Shown here one piece after another: positions 48,601 to 57,369 of a stretch of 64,000 nucleotides of DNA. Both the position numbers and the translations under genes were made by a program. Source of the DNA: an uncultured Bacteroidales bacterium (lineage in GTDB: Bacteria > Bacteroidota > Bacteroidia > Bacteroidales > FEN-979); the NCBI GenBank assembly GCA_903925275.1, contig CAIYES010000095.1:11225-75224 (forward strand). Reading direction: 5' to 3'. The stretch's first letter is position 1, and every line of letters begins with the position of its first letter. Under the pieces are notes generated by a model, which was not told the DNA's origin, made no database searches, and worked only from the letters and a program-made list of their open reading frames with translations.

Positions 48601-51600
48601 TCAACCTGCGGTACTTCCATTACCATCAATCATATAGCAGGAACCGTAGCGCCGGTGACAAAAACAGTTACTTACGGAACTGTTACAAACATACCCGGTG
48701 AACCGGCAAAATGCTGGATTACCAGCAACCTCGGGGCGGACCACCAGGCTTTGGCAATAGATGATGCCACTGAAGCCGCGGCAGGCTGGTACTGGCAGTT
48801 TAACCGCAAACAAGGGTACAAGCATGATGGAACAACCAGAACACCCCATACCGATTGGGATGAATGGATTTTTGAAAACTTTGACTGGCAGTTTGCCAAC
48901 GATCCCTGTGCCCATGAGATAGGCAGTGACTGGCGTATTCCAACGTATACCGAATGGAATAATGTTGCTGCTGGTGGAAACTGGGTAGACTGGAATGGCC
49001 CGTGGAATTCCGGTTTAAAACTCCATGCAGCAGGTTACCTGTATACTTTCAATGGTGACGGGCTGCACAACCGGGGCGAACTTGAAGATTACTGGAGCAG
49101 TTCACAGGACCCCATCTACCAAGGATGGCACCTGTTTTACCCGGGCAGTATCCAGGGCATGCCCGACGGTGGGGTGTATCATGACGGTAAAAGTTTCGGA
49201 TATCCGCTTCGTTGCATCAAAGATTCGCCCAATCCGCTCATTCCAACAGTAACAACAGCCATTGTGACGGACATCACTTCAAACACCGCCTCAGGTGGAG
49301 GAAACGTCGCTTCCGATGGAGGGGCGCTGGTAACCGCAAAAGGGGTGTGCTGGAGCACCTCGTCAAATCCTACTACTGCCAGCAGTCATACGACAGATGC
49401 CAGCCTCACAGGAGTGTTTTCAAGCAGTCTCACCGGCCTTATACAGAATACGCTATATTATGTTAGGGCATATGCAACCAACAGTGCGGGCACGGCTTAC
49501 GGAACCGGGGTGACATTTACCACCCTGAATTCTGTTCCTCCAACGGTTCTTACAACTGCCGTGACCTCCATCGCTCAAACCACCGCCACCGGCGGAGGAA
49601 ATGTCACCGCCGATGGCGGAGCACCGGTTACAGATCGTGGTGTATGCTGGAGCGCCGCATCAAATCCAACCATCCCCGGGAACAGCCATACCAATGATGG
49701 CAGCGGTACCGGAGTGTTCACCAGCAGTCTCACAGGCCTCACAGCGAATACCCTGTACCACACAAGGGCCTATGCGACCAACAATGCAGGAACGGCTTAT
49801 GGACTGGATTTGACCTTTACCACCCTGCCAAATCCGGTTATTCCAACAGTAACCACAACAGCAGCAACAGTTATAGCTCAAACCACCGCGACCAGCGGAG
49901 GAAATGTCACCGCCAATGGCGGAGCACCGGTTACAAATCGTGGCGTATGCTGGAGCACCGCATCAAATCCAACCATCCCCGGGAACAGTCATACCAACGA
50001 TGGCGGTGGCACCGGAGTGTTCATCAGCAGTCTCACAGGTCTCGCTGCGAATACCCTCTATCATGTCAGAGCGTATTCAACAAACAGCGCGGGTACTGCT
50101 TATGGGACAGACCTGACGTTCACCACATTAAACGGGGTTCTTCCATCGGTAACTACAACATCGGTTACAGAAATCACCAAGACGACTGCCACCGGAGGAG
50201 GGAATGTACTTTCTGACGGCGAAGTTACGGTCACGGCCCGTGGCATATGCTGGAGTACATCATCCCCACCTTTGGTCACGAATTATCATACGACCGATGG
50301 CGGCGGAACCGGGGCATTCACAAGCAGCCTCACCGGCCTGGCCCAGAACACCCGGTATTATGTAAGGGCTTATGCAACAAACAGTATCGGTACCGCTTAC
50401 GGGAATGTAGTAGATTTTTTAACACTCAATCCCTGTCCCGGAATTGAAACCATCACCATAAACCATGTTTCAGGTAATGTATCTCCGGAAAATAAAACCG
50501 TTACCTATGGAACTGTCATGGGTATCCCCGGAGAACCTTCAAAATGCTGGATTACCAGTAACCTGGGCGCCGACCACCAGGCAACCGCTGTTAATGATGC
50601 CACAGAACCTTCGGCAGGATGGTACTGGCAGTTCAACCGGAAGCAGGGATACAAAAACGCCGGATCAACCGTACCGGCATGGACGACAACCTATGTCAAT
50701 GAAAATCTGAACTGGGAGGCTGCCAATGACCCGTGTTTCGTTGAACTTGGTGCCGGCTGGCGTATTCCTACCTCCAGTGAATTGGGTAATGTAAGCGGAA
50801 GCTGGACCAACTGGAACGGTCCATGGAATTCAGGTTTAAAGCTCCATGCTGCCGGGTTCCTGTTCAGCAATGGTTCACTGCAAGCCCGTGGTTCCTATGG
50901 CAATTACTGGAGCAGTGAGCAGTTCGGCAATACCAATGGCTGGTACCTGAATTTTACCAGCACAACCGTCAACCCGGGCATCGTTTCAAAAGCTTACGGC
51001 ATGTCGATCCGCTGCCTGATGGATGCCACGGCCACGGTAACAACAACCGTGGTTACCAATATTGCCTCAACTACCGCCATCTCAGGCGGTAATGTTGTGA
51101 ACGAAGGCTTATCTGCCGTTACTGTCAGGGGTGTTTGCTGGAGCACTACAACATCTCCCACCATCTACGGTAATAATACTGCTGATGGTAGCGGAACCGG
51201 TGTTTTTGTGAGCAACCTGGCCGGTCTTACGCCGAATACATTGTATTATTTAAGGGCCTATGCGACGAACAGTGCCGGAACGGCATATGGGAATGAAGTC
51301 AGTTTCACAACTTCCGCTGTATTTCTCTGCGGATCCTCCCTAACCATCAACCATCTGATATCAGGAGGTGTTGCTCCTGTTGATAAATCAGTAACCTATG
51401 GCACCGTGACTAATTTACCCGGCGAACCTTCAAAATGCTGGATCACAAGTAACCTGGGGGCAAGTCAGCAATCGACCGCCGTGGATGACAATACCGAGGC
51501 TTCTGCCGGCTGGTACTGGCAATTCAACCGGATGCAGGGATACATGAATGATGGTTCAACCTATCCGTCGTGGACGATAACCAGCATCAGTGAAAATGCC

Positions 51601-51930
51601 AACTGGGAACCCGCCAACGACCCGTGTGTCATTGAACTTGGCGCAGGTTGGAGGATACCTACATTTACCGAATGGGACAATGTGAATACATGGGGCGGCT
51701 GGGCAAACTGGGACGATGCCTGGGCCTCTGAGCTCAAACTGCATGCGGCCGGGAACCTTGCTTATTGGTACGGTGGGATATTCTACAACCGGGGTTCACA
51801 GGGCTTATACTGGAGCAGCACGCAGAATGACGATATTACCGGCTATTACCTGTTCCTCTTTTCGGGATATACCACCATGAGTACAATTGAAAAGGCATCC
51901 GGCTGCCCGGTGCGCTGCCTTAAAGAGTAA
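45700..51930 (+). CDS. Giant modular cell-surface protein: 3 N-terminal ~55-aa repeats, 5 Fib_succ_major-like domains and about 10 Fn3-like modules
   Basis: Signal peptide. Repeats (A/S)xLD(V/I)...G(L/M/V)L(L/I)PR...YN(T)...YYNG..W occur 3 times. Modules H(V/I)AG.VAPV.KTVTYGTV...KCWIT.NLGA...GWRIPT..EW...YWSS...RCL occur 5 times. Modules GGNV..DGG..VT.RGVCWS...NTLYY.RAYATN.AGTAYG occur about 10 times. Confidence 0.85.
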   Translation: MRTIFRLFVVLGFIFAIPGLSVFSQVSIKTDGSPCDPSAMLDVNAKDRGLLLPRMSVAARNLILSPATGLLIYNTTSNQFNYYNGSHWFQLETTFIILKTAGSPSTGSNGVAIGTSLGTQAESTAMLDINDPARGMLIPRISTSARDLIPSPANGLIIYNTSSNLLNYYNNTRWVTVCASSTGITGASGSQASVGIAIKSDNSNADPSAILDVSATDKGVLIPRLTNAQRDAILPVTGLVIYNTITNNIEFYNGSGWYQFVTNLLSSPLAGIHVPTGTEITWNWNSVAGAIGYKWNTVDDYTTATDLAAVTTKTETGLIPITAYSRYVWAYNSCGVSAATTLTQSTTAWACGSSFTIDHVAGDVAPVTKTVTYGTVPNIAGSPEKCWITRNLGADQQPTAVDDASEASAGWYWQFNRKQGNKVDQDGFTRKPAATWTTNILESTFWEAANDPCTHALGSGWRIPTYTEWNSVVALFPNHLNPWISDLKLHAAGRLIVADGSLFQRGLFGEYWCSNGDGPLIPPPGVNTSMTLFFIAGIIEAGFGVNFNATGESMRCLRDEASFTTTPTLTTTAAGNITTTTATAGGNVLSEGGVAGIVKGVCWSTSPLPTIADNHTTDGSGTGVFTSNFSGLTANTLYYARAYATNGSGTAYGNEVSFRTFFTCGTSITVNHVAGDVAPVNKTVTYGTVANIPGEPAKCWITRNLGADQQAAVDDDNTSAAAGWYWQFNRKQGYQVDMNGARTPNTSWITSINENSDWEAAKDPCTLELGAGWRIPAMSELENLDAGGAWTNESFPWNSGLKLHEAGIIHENDMLFNRGKTGFYWSNTQNGASKGWNLFSGVGTCSIESNTKVSGMSLRCLNDGGATTTTPAVTTLVASNIAATATTGGGYVYSDGGTAVTSRGICWSNVPNPTLANSHSTNGSGSGLFTGSLAGLTPNTLYYVCAYATNGNGTAYGNEITVTTTTSSTCGTSITINHIAGTVAPVTKTVTYGTVTNIPGEPAKCWITSNLGADHQALAIDDATEAAAGWYWQFNRKQGYKHDGTTRTPHTDWDEWIFENFDWQFANDPCAHEIGSDWRIPTYTEWNNVAAGGNWVDWNGPWNSGLKLHAAGYLYTFNGDGLHNRGELEDYWSSSQDPIYQGWHLFYPGSIQGMPDGGVYHDGKSFGYPLRCIKDSPNPLIPTVTTAIVTDITSNTASGGGNVASDGGALVTAKGVCWSTSSNPTTASSHTTDASLTGVFSSSLTGLIQNTLYYVRAYATNSAGTAYGTGVTFTTLNSVPPTVLTTAVTSIAQTTATGGGNVTADGGAPVTDRGVCWSAASNPTIPGNSHTNDGSGTGVFTSSLTGLTANTLYHTRAYATNNAGTAYGLDLTFTTLPNPVIPTVTTTAATVIAQTTATSGGNVTANGGAPVTNRGVCWSTASNPTIPGNSHTNDGGGTGVFISSLTGLAANTLYHVRAYSTNSAGTAYGTDLTFTTLNGVLPSVTTTSVTEITKTTATGGGNVLSDGEVTVTARGICWSTSSPPLVTNYHTTDGGGTGAFTSSLTGLAQNTRYYVRAYATNSIGTAYGNVVDFLTLNPCPGIETITINHVSGNVSPENKTVTYGTVMGIPGEPSKCWITSNLGADHQATAVNDATEPSAGWYWQFNRKQGYKNAGSTVPAWTTTYVNENLNWEAANDPCFVELGAGWRIPTSSELGNVSGSWTNWNGPWNSGLKLHAAGFLFSNGSLQARGSYGNYWSSEQFGNTNGWYLNFTSTTVNPGIVSKAYGMSIRCLMDATATVTTTVVTNIASTTAISGGNVVNEGLSAVTVRGVCWSTTTSPTIYGNNTADGSGTGVFVSNLAGLTPNTLYYLRAYATNSAGTAYGNEVSFTTSAVFLCGSSLTINHLISGGVAPVDKSVTYGTVTNLPGEPSKCWITSNLGASQQSTAVDDNTEASAGWYWQFNRMQGYMNDGSTYPSWTITSISENANWEPANDPCVIELGAGWRIPTFTEWDNVNTWGGWANWDDAWASELKLHAAGNLAYWYGGIFYNRGSQGLYWSSTQNDDITGYYLFLFSGYTTMSTIEKASGCPVRCLKE

Positions 51931-52062
51931 TATTTGATTATCTTTATGGCGGATTAACAGGACACCTTATCCAATGCCACATTCTCCTGAAGGAGAAGGG
52001 AAATTCCTCCTCCAAACAAAGGGGGTTGTGGTGATGTTGTTTTTCAAAAGTAATAAACAACT

Positions 52063-53520
52063 ATGAACAAGAATTTTGCAAACACGGGAAATAGCTTTTT
52101 AATTGCATTTTTTCTTTTACTGGTCTCCCATTTTTATTGCCCGGCCCAGGGAAAAGATGTTACGGTAACCATACACCTGCGAGGTGTTTATGACAGCAAA
52201 ATAAGCCTTTTGGCCCTTTCTGTATCAAAAACATTTAAACCCATCGTGGAAGTACCGGGAATAAAAGATGGCGAAACCACAAAAATAACGGTCACCAGCG
52301 ATCACCTGCCCGGGGAGTTTGTACTGCGGTTCGACTACAGGGACAAAGAGTCAAGTACGCCATATCCTTCGGAGAAAAATCTTTTCATCAATGCCCAAAA
52401 CCTGGAACTGTGGGTCAGTCCGAAATACTGCAACAATTCCGACAGTACGCATTTCCAGGTGGGAGAACTGGAAAATGCCGCATTTGCCAGTTTTTCAAAA
52501 GAAAACAGCAAACAAAAGGACAAACTGGCCCTGCTTCAGAATTTTTTACTGAACTATGATGACACGCAATCGGCATTCTACCAGCAGGGCATTAATGAAT
52601 ATGAACAGCGGCGGCAAAGCTACAACCAGTGGCTGGCAGCCCGGGAACAACAGGATAAGGCACTTTTTGTAAGCAACTTGTATGATTTTCAGTATGTGCC
52701 GGAAACATCCTGGAATGGCACGGAAACCGACCGGATTGAAAGCCTGATAAAGCACTATTTTGACGGCATGGATTTTAAGGATCCCCTGCTGGTTAAAACC
52801 GCCGAGCTGAACAAATGGATGGACGGTTATGTAAACCTTTACGGCCGTCAATCAACCACCGTAGCGCTACGCGACTCCCTGTTCCCCATTGCCGGACGAG
52901 CTGCGATAGAGAAAGCTAAAAGGGGACATCCGCTGATATATGGCTGGATGGTGGATTATTTTTATAAAGGATACGAAACCAATGGGATAACCGCCGGGAT
53001 GAAAATTTTGAAACCGTATCTGAATGATACGAACTGCCTCACATCAAAACGGCAGGAAATTGCACGCAGGCTGAAAGGCATGGAAACCCTGGTGCCCGGA
53101 ACCAAAGCTCCTGATATTTCATTGAAAGATTCGGATGGCAATTTTTTTGAACTGAACACATTCGAAACATCGGCAAAGTATATTCTGTTGCTTTTCTGGT
53201 CGGCTGATTGCAGCCATTGTGTAAAAATGGTCGATCAGTTATATCCCTGGCATCAGCAAACAGAAACCCGGCAGAAAATTGCAGTTGTGGCAATCAGCCT
53301 GGATGAAACAGATATTGAGGTGAAAGTATGGGATAAAAAGATCAAAGGACTGTCAGGGTGGAAGCATATGCGGGGTTCAGATGGTATCCGCAGCAAAGTA
53401 GCAGCCGATTACTTTGTTTTAGCAACACCATTTATGGTTCTGATTGATGAAAAAACCAGGGAGATTATTGATACGCCAAATACGCTGGAGGAATTGATGA
53501 ATGCCATGCAGAAAAAATAG
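52063..53520 (+). CDS. TlpA/AhpC-like thioredoxin-fold thiol:disulfide oxidoreductase with a large N-terminal domain
   Basis: Signal peptide and a C-terminal thioredoxin fold with LLLFWSADCSHC (CxxC). Confidence 0.75.
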   Translation: MNKNFANTGNSFLIAFFLLLVSHFYCPAQGKDVTVTIHLRGVYDSKISLLALSVSKTFKPIVEVPGIKDGETTKITVTSDHLPGEFVLRFDYRDKESSTPYPSEKNLFINAQNLELWVSPKYCNNSDSTHFQVGELENAAFASFSKENSKQKDKLALLQNFLLNYDDTQSAFYQQGINEYEQRRQSYNQWLAAREQQDKALFVSNLYDFQYVPETSWNGTETDRIESLIKHYFDGMDFKDPLLVKTAELNKWMDGYVNLYGRQSTTVALRDSLFPIAGRAAIEKAKRGHPLIYGWMVDYFYKGYETNGITAGMKILKPYLNDTNCLTSKRQEIARRLKGMETLVPGTKAPDISLKDSDGNFFELNTFETSAKYILLLFWSADCSHCVKMVDQLYPWHQQTETRQKIAVVAISLDETDIEVKVWDKKIKGLSGWKHMRGSDGIRSKVAADYFVLATPFMVLIDEKTREIIDTPNTLEELMNAMQKK

Positions 53521-53526
53521 TCGGGC

Positions 53527-54260
53527 TCACGCCAATTTCTTCCGCTCCACCAAATCGAAAAAAGTTTTGTGATAGGTTTCGCTTACCGGGATGTACTGGT
53601 CGCCGATCTTGATACGGTTCCGCTCGATCGATTCGATTTTATCCAAGGCAATAAAAAAGGATTTATGAACCCTGCAGAACTGGGGCTCATGCAACACCTC
53701 TTCTAATTTACGGGCATTCATGAGGGTCATAATCCTTCGCGTTTTTGTTACAATCCGCCAGTAATCACCCATGCCTTCGACGTATAGCACATCGTTGTTT
53801 TCAATGCGTTCCATACGGGTCTCGGTTTCACAAAGAAAAAGGATGGTTCCGCAGTCTTTGGCTTGACATTTTCCGGTTTGATTGCTCCAGTATCAAATTG
53901 CATGCGTTCGCACACCTTGTTAACTCCTTTGATGAAACGTTCAAAAGAGATGGGTTTCAGCATGTAATCCACCACATCAAGTTCAAAGCCCTGTATGGCA
54001 TAACGCTCATATGCGGTGGTGAAAATCACGAAAGGACGATGTTTCAGCGCATTCAGCAACTGAATTCCGGTGAGTTCCTCCATCTGGATATCCAGGAAGA
54101 TCAGGTCGATTTTGTTTGACCGAATATATTCAATGGATTCAATGGCATTGTCGAATGTTTTCAGCAGGTTGAGGAAAACCACTTTTGAACAGTAATCTTT
54201 AATGATGTCGAGCGCCAGAGGCTCATCATCAATTGCAATACAGTTGATATTCATATCCAA
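53527..54260 (-). pseudogene. LytTR-family response regulator interrupted by a 1-nt frameshift between the receiver and LytTR domains
   Basis: The receiver domain (54260-53748) and the LytTR domain (53814-53527; VLYVEGMGDYWRIVT, RVHKSF) are in different frames. Adding one A at gtgaaacc (plus strand 53826-53828) restores FFFVKTETRMERI. Confidence 0.75.
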
Positions 54261-55276
54261 AGGATTAATAAAACATTATACAAATCGTTGTCTGTGCTGA
54301 TTTCAAGCTGATGTTTACCGGGGTAAAGCAGGTTGAGCCGGCGCCGGATGTTTGTTAACCCGATTCCACTGGCCGGGTCTTTGATAGCGTTTGTGTTTTT
54401 TCTGATATGGTTGCTGACTTCAAACCGTATTTGTTGCAACCCGATGGAAAGATCGATCCGGATTCCCGGGACAGTAACATTCCGGCTCCCGTGCTTAAAG
54501 GCGTTTTCAACAAAAGGGATAAGCAACATGGGTGCGATGGTTCGCCCCTCCACATTCCCCGAAATATTCAACTCCACAAAATCTTTGTGCCTGATCCGGA
54601 GTTTTTCAAGTTCGATGAAACTCTTGAGGTATTCAATCTCTTTTTCCAGTAAAACCTTATCGGTGGTTGCATCGTAAAGCATATAACGCATGATTGACGA
54701 CATTTTCATCACCGCTTCGGGGGCATCATCCGACTTTTTGTAAACCAGGGAATATATGTTGTTCAGGGTATTGAACAGGAAGTGCGGATTAACCTGTGAC
54801 CGGAGCAACGCCAATTCGCCCGATTGTTTTTCCAGCAACAACTCGGTTTTCAATTTCTGTGTATCAAACCAACCAATAGCAAGTTGTATCAGCAATGCGT
54901 AAATGCCATAAATGATCACCAGGCGTATGGAGTTATACCACCAGCTGCTGTCAATGACTAACGAATCAGGCACTTTGATGTGTTGGTACCCGATATATTT
55001 CCAGAAGAGATATTCAATGCCAACGCGCAATGGAACAAGGATGACAATAACCGCGATCAATAAAATAATGGGATAGCGTTTATTTTTTCTGACGAAAAAC
55101 AACGCGTAAGTGAAATAGAAGCTATAGAACGTTATAAAACTTGTGATGGGATAAATGGTAATTTCCTGAAACGGATCATACTCTTTTGCCGACATCATGG
55201 CAATAGCAAGAATAACCTGATTAAACATGTAAATCCAGAAGGCGACGTGGATCAGGATTTTATACTTTGTCTTCAT
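54251..55276 (-). CDS. LytS/YehU-type sensor histidine kinase
   Basis: Six-helix TM N-terminus, His_kinase block QVNPHFLFNTLNNIYSL and a C-terminal HATPase. It overlaps the downstream response regulator by 10 nt. Confidence 0.85.
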   Translation of the reverse strand: MKTKYKILIHVAFWIYMFNQVILAIAMMSAKEYDPFQEITIYPITSFITFYSFYFTYALFFVRKNKRYPIILLIAVIVILVPLRVGIEYLFWKYIGYQHIKVPDSLVIDSSWWYNSIRLVIIYGIYALLIQLAIGWFDTQKLKTELLLEKQSGELALLRSQVNPHFLFNTLNNIYSLVYKKSDDAPEAVMKMSSIMRYMLYDATTDKVLLEKEIEYLKSFIELEKLRIRHKDFVELNISGNVEGRTIAPMLLIPFVENAFKHGSRNVTVPGIRIDLSIGLQQIRFEVSNHIRKNTNAIKDPASGIGLTNIRRRLNLLYPGKHQLEISTDNDLYNVLLILWI

Positions 55277-55704
55277 TACATATGTTAATAAATTTTATTA
55301 ACCGATTACTGGAGATCCCCATAAAATGACATATCTGATTTTTATGATAATTGTTGAATGAACATTTTATATTGTTGAAATCCAGCGACAAATTAACAAC
55401 AGATACTGATAAAAACCAAACAAAATGACGTCAAATCGACCATGCAGGCTGTTTGTCCGCCCATAGGTTCATTTCTACCGATTACCATGGTCGATGTATT
55501 CACCAAAAAGTGTGTTTTTCAGGGTCTCCATAAAAAGAGCTTTAGCGTTAACCCCTGTTTTGCTGCATCTGGGCACATCCGGAAAATCAGACAACGTGTT
55601 AATTGTGCCTGTCGTGGCAGAAATCAGTAATTTATCATGGTACTTCTTGTAGTGAAGAATAACTTTTCGTAAGTTTGAAAGAGTAAAAGATCCTGATCTT
55701 CATC

Positions 55705-57006
55705 ATGAGCAGATTGAAAACCTTCAGCTTAAGAATTAGCCGGAATTTCTGGATTTTTGTTGTAATCATGCAGCTTGCAGGCGTCGTTACCGAGGCGCAG
55801 CGGCACTACCATTTTTATTATGGGAAGGTCACAGAGCAGGGTACAAAGGCGGCGATTCCTAATGTCAATCTTTCCTTTGCCGGATTGCGTAAAGGAACAG
55901 TAACAGACGAAAAAGGAGCGTTTTCATTTTTTATTGACAGTCTGCCTGCAACCCTTATCGTGAGTCATGTCGGTTATGAAACAAAAACCATTCTGCTTGA
56001 TGAAACATCTTATTCACTAACCTTGTACCTTTCTCGAAAAGCCAGCGAGCTGCAGGAAGTTGAAATCAAAGCAAATGTCCAGGAGGTGTTTTTCAAAGAT
56101 GAACACTACGCGGTGCTTGATTATGAGCTCGACAGCAACCAGGTTTATTTGCTGATTTACAGGCAACGGTTATCGAATGCTGAACTGATTTGTAAAAATT
56201 TCGCAGGGGATACTGTAGCCAGTTCGATGGTTTTCTATTTCACCCCGGAAAAGTTGTTCAAAGACTGCTTAGGCATGTTGCATGTGCTAAGTCATGATTC
56301 AGGATTCCAGGTATTTCGCCAGGGGAAGGTGTTGCATATGATCCATCCGGTGAAGCTGAAGAAATTTGATGATGTACTTAAAAATTGTGTGGCAACCATG
56401 CCGGATATTTTATTTTTTCAAAGAGTAACGGATCACGGGTTAGGGGTGGAGTATTACGGCGTTAATAAAAAGACCCTGCTGAAACGCGAAATCGCCCAGA
56501 TCAGGGATGAGAAAAAAGCGAAAATGCTGCGACGCAATTACGATGATGCGGCTTTGCTGGGAAGCAGCAGGCCGCCCGATTCACGGGATGATTTTGCAAA
56601 CTGGAATTATGTTCACAAGATACTTTACCGGCCGATAAAAACATCCCTGGTCAGGATCGGGAGCTATATCTGTATTTTCAACACGCCCGACCGGCAAATA
56701 GAGTTTTATGACAGCATTGGAAATTTTTCCTATAAACTTGCGCTGAATATTGATAATCTGAAAGATGGCCGTTGGTCAAATGATATTTTGGTGGATGAAA
56801 CAAAAGAGACGGTTTATACGACTTTTCTAAAAAACGGCATCTGCAACATGTATTCAATTGATCTGAATTCGGGGAATCTCAGGAAAAAGCTTTCCATTTC
56901 CCATGATTATCCTGAAAAAGTGCGTGTTTACGGTGAAAGTGTTTTTTACCTCTACAACATTCCGGGAAACCCGGATAACAAAATGCTTTACCGTCAGAAA
57001 TTTTAA
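55705..57006 (+). CDS. Hypothetical exported protein with an N-terminal carboxypeptidase-regulatory-like domain
   Basis: Signal peptide and the GKVTE..G..IPNVNLSF...GTVTDEKGAFSF...L.VSHVGYETK pattern. Confidence 0.5.
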   Translation: MSRLKTFSLRISRNFWIFVVIMQLAGVVTEAQRHYHFYYGKVTEQGTKAAIPNVNLSFAGLRKGTVTDEKGAFSFFIDSLPATLIVSHVGYETKTILLDETSYSLTLYLSRKASELQEVEIKANVQEVFFKDEHYAVLDYELDSNQVYLLIYRQRLSNAELICKNFAGDTVASSMVFYFTPEKLFKDCLGMLHVLSHDSGFQVFRQGKVLHMIHPVKLKKFDDVLKNCVATMPDILFFQRVTDHGLGVEYYGVNKKTLLKREIAQIRDEKKAKMLRRNYDDAALLGSSRPPDSRDDFANWNYVHKILYRPIKTSLVRIGSYICIFNTPDRQIEFYDSIGNFSYKLALNIDNLKDGRWSNDILVDETKETVYTTFLKNGICNMYSIDLNSGNLRKKLSISHDYPEKVRVYGESVFYLYNIPGNPDNKMLYRQKF

Positions 57007-57185
57007 TGACATTGACCGTATTATCTGGTCGTATCTCTTTCGTGACAAGGAGGATTTTTTTCCCGGGGAAGGTGAATTCAGATGCATAAGACTATTTTCA
57101 ATTAGCATAAGTGTCTGCTTAAATTTCTTATTAAATCCCATTAGGGATTTTATATGGGTAGAAAAACAGGAATAGATGCATTATT

Positions 57186-57254
57186 TCGTCCCGTACGGGA
57201 CGAGATGGTTCTCAGAACATTCGAGTTCTATCCAGATTTTGTGCCTACGGCACA
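57186..57254. repeat. REP-like pair of GC-rich hairpins (TCGTCCCGTACGGGACGA and TGTGCCTACGGCACA) in an intergenic region
   Basis: An 18-bp perfect palindrome at 57186-57203 and a 6-bp stem hairpin at 57240-57254, both read directly. Confidence 0.5.
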
Positions 57255-57369
57255 GCCTTACACATAGAAATACAACAAAATAAAAAATTCAAACAGCTTA
57301 TAAACAACCAGAAAAGGTCGGCGGATTTGAAAAATGTAGTCTATATTTGACACCTAAAATATAAACATT

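Noticed and set aside
45700-51930. The high GC content of the giant gene (sampled lines ~55-58% against ~27-45% elsewhere) as evidence of horizontal transfer.
   Set aside because: The protein is extremely rich in Thr, Gly and Ala (codons ACN, GGN, GCN), which by itself raises GC. I could not compute codon-position-specific statistics, so no transfer claim is justified.
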